From Lama guanicoe (Eukaryota), in NCBI GenBank assembly GCA_013239625.1, contig MU054096.1, positions 657,098 through 682,520 of the forward strand: a stretch of DNA of 25,423 nucleotides, read 5' to 3'. The notes under the pieces were generated by a model, which was not told the DNA's origin, searched no databases, and worked only from the letters and a program-made list of their open reading frames with translations. Position 1 is the first letter of the stretch; each line of letters opens with the position of its first letter. The translations under genes and the position numbers were made by a program. Shown in pieces: positions 20,563-25,423 of the stretch.

Positions 20563-21943
20563 AAACCGTTTTCCCTTTTTGTTACGTTAGCGGTAATAGC
20601 AGCACTGTCTGCAAGCTTATCAGCCGTGATTATGCTCATCAGTTTCTCTTGCTCTTTGAATGCAGAGGGACAAAACTGGAGAGTCCAAAACAACCAGGAA
20701 GAGTGGCTGAGGAGAGAGAGAACTTGAAAAAAAAAAAATCCTAGCAGCTGTTTGCACCTGTAGATAATTCAGACTTAATTTGCCCAAAGCCTCTGACGTT
20801 TTTAAATAGTCCATGAGCAGTGTAATCTGCCAACAGAGGAGAACCACCTCTCCCACCGCTCCCTGTTTTATTGACTTTGGCTTTGTTTTCTTATCAGCCT
20901 AATCTTCCTGTTCCCCGGGAGTTCTCCCTACATCTTAAGCCATAACTGGGACTTCTGGTCACGTAGTAATGACTCAGAAATACACAGTATAGTTCACGCT
21001 CCTATAATAGGACTTAAGCAGTTAGTCTTATTCCAAGTTACAGCTTTCCCAGTTTATAACCCTTTCTACAAGTATTGTATTTATTTTGAAAATCGGGTCA
21101 AACTTAGGTGAGTGAAATTTTAAAGGCTGTTTATTTTGAAGGTACAACCCATGATCACCTATAGAAACAGTGTTAAAAGTGGTGCTTATGAAAGTGGAAT
21201 TTGCAAAAAGGTGAAGTTATTGCTTATGCTAATCTACAGTGAATTTGTGTTGAAGATTTTCAACTCACTAATCAGTGAGGGAACGGGTAAAATGTAAAAA
21301 AACACTCCAAAAAAGCATTTGAGAAAGTAGATACATAGAACATTTCATAGATTGCTGGATTCGATAAAAATTTAAATAGGGCCCCAAACTGTGATTTGGG
21401 GGCTTATCTTTTCCACTGGCCGGAAATGATTTCTGTCTCAATTCGACAAATTCTAGAATTTAACCTCTGCCCCTAACAAGTTGTAAAATAGCCCAGGAAT
21501 GGGAAGCCAAGCCATGCGGTACAGATTTTGGATTAATGGTCTGACACTGTCATACCCCCATATGACAACTCCCAGGAACCTGGGCCTGATCATTTTCATT
21601 TCTCACTTTCTCTAATAATGAGAAGAGATGCCTTTCTCCCTTGTTTTTCTTCTTCCTTCTCCTCTTTGAGCGGGATGGGTGGTATCCGTTCCTGGTCTAT
21701 CAGTGTGGAGTCACAGTGCGGGCAGCGTGAGAGAGGTTACCTTAAACGCCAGGTGTTTCCCTCCATGGGTGTTTTTTCCTCAGAAATCTAATAAGCGGAG
21801 GAACATGGGATAGTGTTGGGGCTCAGGGGGTGGAGAATGGGGTCAGGAATTTCACGACGGTCCCTGTGTAGATGTTTAAGGAGTGTGAGTTACGGTAGCT
21901 CTTGGAATACTTAGGTTGCAAGGGTTCTGTTAGTGGTTCCTGT

Positions 21944-22075
21944 GGGGATGTGGGTAGGTTAGCTGTGGGTATACTAGCACTCAGCATGGGCAAAGTCCTG
22001 AGTTCAATCCCCAGTACTGCCACTTTAAATAAATAAACCTAATTACCTCCCCCCACAAAAAAAAAGGAAAGAAAA
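21944..22075 (+). mobile_element. tRNA-derived SINE (Vic-1-like) with degenerate 5' head
   Basis: ctcagcatgggcaaagtcctgagttcaatccccagtac...aaataaataaacctaattacctcccccc plus an A tail. Confidence 0.85.
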
Positions 22076-22599
22076 TTCTTTTAAACAGATAGGAAGAATC
22101 TTTTTTTTTTCTGAGCATTGTGTGATTAATATATAAAAAAAATACTGCTATGTAGTAGGTGAGACACTTCTTTGTTTTATTATTGCTTCTACATTCCTAC
22201 AGTATCCCATCAGCCATAAATTATATTATTAAATATTTTAGTTCAGAGCTAAAAATCTGTTCGACTTCCAAGTTTTGTGTATTTCGAAGCTCAAAGCATC
22301 TTTACCCTAGAAAATGTATTTCTGTCTCGCTAGATTAATTTGACAGCCCTCTAATGGGTTGTTCCCTGAAATTTGAAAACCACTGGCCTGAGCATGAGAG
22401 AGATCAGAGTTGAGATCAGAGGAGTGCGTGCAGGGCAGGGCGGCGTTTGTGCTCTGCATCGCGAAATGTCTCATGACCCTGTTCCTGGAGTTTGAATTTT
22501 ATCCAGAAACAACAGAAAAGACACTGCAAGTGTCTAGGCAAGGGAGTGACAGGGACAACCTTCCTTCCTTTTGTGTTTATGTGACCTCTGATCAGATAG

Positions 22600-23280
22600 G
22601 GGAATGTGGTCTCTGCTGAAGTGTCTGCATCAGGGAATCACACCTGACAGAATGGGAGGTCCATCTTTCTCTCCTGGGTAGTTTTAATTTTGACCATGTG
22701 GCCAAGCTCTTGTCTCATTTATTTGCTATGTTTTTCCTCCCTTGTAATCAGTAGCTGATCTTTTGGGAGACCATTGAAGACTGGGCGAATGTTCATTCCT
22801 CGTCAAAAATTCCCACTTGATTTAGCATCCATCGATGATTTTTGCTGGATTCATTCTTTCCTATGCTGGTTGCAAAATGGTTTTCTGTGTCCCGCATTCT
22901 CTCCCCATTTATGAGATGGTTGTTGACATTTTGCTGTAAACAAGAAACCACTTTGTTTCTTCTTTTCTTTATAGATTTGTTACTGGCCTGGACTCAGGAG
23001 ATTCTGTTTTTTTCAGTGGTTTGTAATTTGCTACTGTATGTAATTGTTTTGGTGCCCATGCTTTTCCAGATCAGACATGGCCAGTGAGAGTTCCTTCAAA
23101 GTAGCTTCTGGGTCCTTGTGATGAGCGCCCATCATAGTTTGAGCGTTTCCTCTTTTTCTCACACAAGGCGTCCCTGGCTTATCTCCTACCTCGCCTGGCA
23201 CGTTCATAGAATTTACTCTCTTCTCTGACAAACCCTGGTTCCTTCATGTGAAAACAAGATCTGGGCTCCTGGGTACCACT
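22600..23280 (-). mobile_element. Old L1MC4/5-like 3' UTR
   Basis: cccttgtaatcagtag...tttagcatccatcgatgatttttgctggattc...ggttgcaaaatggttttct...tggccagtgagagttccttcaaa...ccctggttcctt...aaaacaagatctggg. Confidence 0.7.
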
Positions 23281-24904
23281 GGACAATAGATGTTAATGGA
23301 GCGCCCTTAGGAAGAGCCCGTCTTGGAGGGAGGGGAGGAAGCTGGGTCAGGATGTGGGTCCAGGGAAGCCTGTCTCCCCCTCAGCTCCGCTCATCGCAAA
23401 GTGCACGGTTGGTCCTGCTTTGGAGACGGGGAGCTGGGCTTTGTGATGCCCATCTGCCCTCACCCTTGGCAGGAGTAAGGAGAGGGGCCAGGGAAAGGAA
23501 ACTACAGGATGGTCCTGGGGAGGGGAGGCTGCAGGTGTGGATGCTTCCGCGTTGCCCCCTCTGGGCGGCACCAGCTCCATCTTGAGAATACCTTGTCTGA
23601 ATCTATTAGGAACCTTAGTTTGGGTAGTGAGGGTCTGGATCAGGTAGAGGGGGTCCGGTAGGAGGGGGGTTTTCCCTTGCTCAAGTACGTAAATACACAC
23701 AGATGGAAAGTGTCTCGGGGTTGTGGTCGACGGTTTAAATAGCATTGGCCTAAGATACACCTCACACATACCAAACTGGGGCTTTGGTTTTTTGCCTCTA
23801 GGCCATTTGACATTGCTGTTCCTTCTTTTTGGAATTTTCCCTTTCTGCCCCATACCCAAATCTGTCTCATTCTTGTTCATTCTTGACACCTCACTTTTTG
23901 ATTTGTGAAATTGTGAAATCAGTTTCAGAAGAGGCTTTCCATGATGGTCACCACTTTACAATGTTTCACGATTTTTTTAAATATTTGGAATTAAAAAAAA
24001 ACCCCACTAAAATATCAAATAACCTGGGTATAGAGTTTTTTTTTCACTCTAGCTCCAGAGTTCCTTGAGAAATAGAATGAAACTTAACAGATGTGACGTG
24101 TTGTATGTATCAAATAATTTGAAAGATGAAGAAAAACCCATGTGAAAGTGGGATTATTTAATTGTGTAGTAAGCAGTAAATGTTTTTCATATGATTCCAT
24201 CTCTGTAACTTTTTTAGACTGAATGGTTAGGAAGGATAGCCCAGCTAATTACACCTAGACAGTAAGAGGTGGCCCCCCAACCCCAGGGGGGCACTCCGTT
24301 GTTATGGAAACAGCACCACGTTGAATTTGGAAGTGAGGACTGACTTGTTTCAGACTTTGCCGTTAACCTCTGGCCCTTAAAGTATTCTAAACGGCATAAT
24401 CTGGGATTTGAGGACAAGGGGTTGGGAGACTAAGATATATCAGAAGCTGAGGCTGCTTCAACTCTTAAACTTTTATGTTTTCAAGTACTTGCAATTGGTC
24501 TCCAGGGGTCCTTGACTAAGCACAGAAAGTTGCTGTTTCGTGGACTGAATTAGTACGGTTATTTATCCATAGAGGGGGTTAACATCATATTTGTAGAAAT
24601 CTCTAGCAAGAACAATTACTTTATACTTTATATAAATGGGTCACACAGAATGGGCCCAAAGAAGAATGTTGGTTCCCAGATTGACTTTTTCTCACACCAT
24701 CTCCCATTATATACTTTTACATTTTTAAGTAGGGAGATTGAGGGGAAAAAAAATTTTTAAGAATGGGGTGTTTACTATCCCGCATTGTTTTTGCTAAAGA
24801 ACTGTTTGTTACTGGGAGGTTTCAGAGATTAAAGGATTTGTTCGTTAACTAAGCATGGTTAATTGAAATACAGAGTTTTAAATGTTTGTGCTGCAGAATA
24901 AGGA

Positions 24905-25150
24905 ACATCACTGTATTTACAACCCCTAGTATGGGGAATGGTATGTGGCAGGTGCCTAATATTGGTTAGCAGAACGAATACCAAATGAACGAATATATTT
25001 GTTCAAATATTTGTTAATATAATGATTATCAAATATCAAAACTTTGAAATATATGTGTCACTTATTAAAGAGTTTCCTTGAATACCACATGCTAGGAGTT
25101 GGAGCTATAGAAGTCACTGAGACATGGTCTGTGACCTCATTACACTTTAG
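24905..25150. mobile_element. L2 tail fragments, apparently in both orientations
   Basis: tcactgtatttacaacccctagta...gcaggtgcctaata (+) and tgctaggagttggagctatagaag...agacatggtctgtgacctcat (-). Confidence 0.4.
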
Positions 25151-25157
25151 TTTCCTC

Positions 25158-25337
25158 TAGTGGTTCTTAATCTAAAGTCTAATATTAGAATTATTTAGGG
25201 AGCTTTTAAAAAATACCAACGCCTGGGTGTTACCCCAGCACCTCTGATTTAACTGGGTTGGGGTAGGGCCCAGATGTCAGAATTTACAAAGCCCTCTTAG
25301 GTGATTGTTAAATGTAGCCAGAATTGAAAACGTCTGG
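25158..25337. mobile_element. MER5-like hAT-Charlie non-autonomous DNA transposon
   Basis: tagtggttcttaa...gggagcttttaaaaaatacc...ctgatttaactgg...aggtgatt...gccagaattgaaaacgtctg, with degenerate terminal inverted repeats. Confidence 0.7.
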
Positions 25338-25347
25338 TACCAAAACC

Positions 25348-25423
25348 TATCTTGGTCCTCTTGGGCTGCCGTAGTGAAATACTATGAGGGCGGGGCGCTG
25401 AAACAATAGACATTTATTTGCTC
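25348..25423 (-). mobile_element. MLT1-family LTR 3' end, cut by the window edge
   Basis: tatcttggtcctcttgggctgccgtagtgaaatactat...aaacaatagacatttatttgctc resembles the antisense MLT1A/B end. Confidence 0.65.

Larger units (their letters stand above)
18344..25423 (+). other. CMC1: Intron 1 of the putative CMC1 gene (continues past the window)
   Basis: GT donor at 18344; no downstream exon encoding QHLRHVEKDVLIPK was found by eye or in the ORF track. Confidence 0.75.

Noticed and set aside
21382..21401. Short inverted repeat ccccaaa...tttgggg
   Set aside because: A 7-bp stem is expected by chance in 25 kb; no RNA gene context.
23549..23572. Possible CTCF site (reverse complement cccagagggggcaa)
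   Set aside because: Several mismatches at informative positions; cannot be supported without a PWM or ChIP data.
23347..23889. 180-aa minus-strand ORF
   Set aside because: No recognisable domain or exon structure; intronic antisense and locally GC-rich, so probably chance.
1..25423. CRISPR array, operon, phage or other novel prokaryote-type system
   Set aside because: The sequence is mammalian (LINE/SINE/LTR content, CpG island, spliced gene); no regularly spaced repeats or dense coding were seen.

Overview
Mammalian nuclear genomic DNA, probably camelid (alpaca/llama/camel), inferred from five copies of a tRNA-Ala(AGC)-derived SINE resembling Vic-1. Roughly 1-17.7 kb is intergenic and rich in repeats: young and old L1 fragments, L2, MIR, MaLR/MLT1, MLT2, LTR16-like and SINEs. 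A CpG island at about 17.75-18.95 kb carries a TATA-less promoter with NRF1, ETS/GABP, SP1, E-box and IRF-type motifs. It is followed by a 19-nt first coding segment, ATGGCGCTCGACCCCGCAG|gtacgc (MALDPA, phase 1), which matches the N-terminus of CMC1, a twin CX9C cytochrome c oxidase assembly factor. The rest (18344-25423) is intron 1; I did not find exon 2 in the window. Apart from this segment, the ORF track appears to be chance or repeat-derived. I found no CRISPR, operon or convincing novel biological system; the leads are regulatory motifs and retrotransposition events. Repeat names and most repeat boundaries come from recognition by eye and are approximate.
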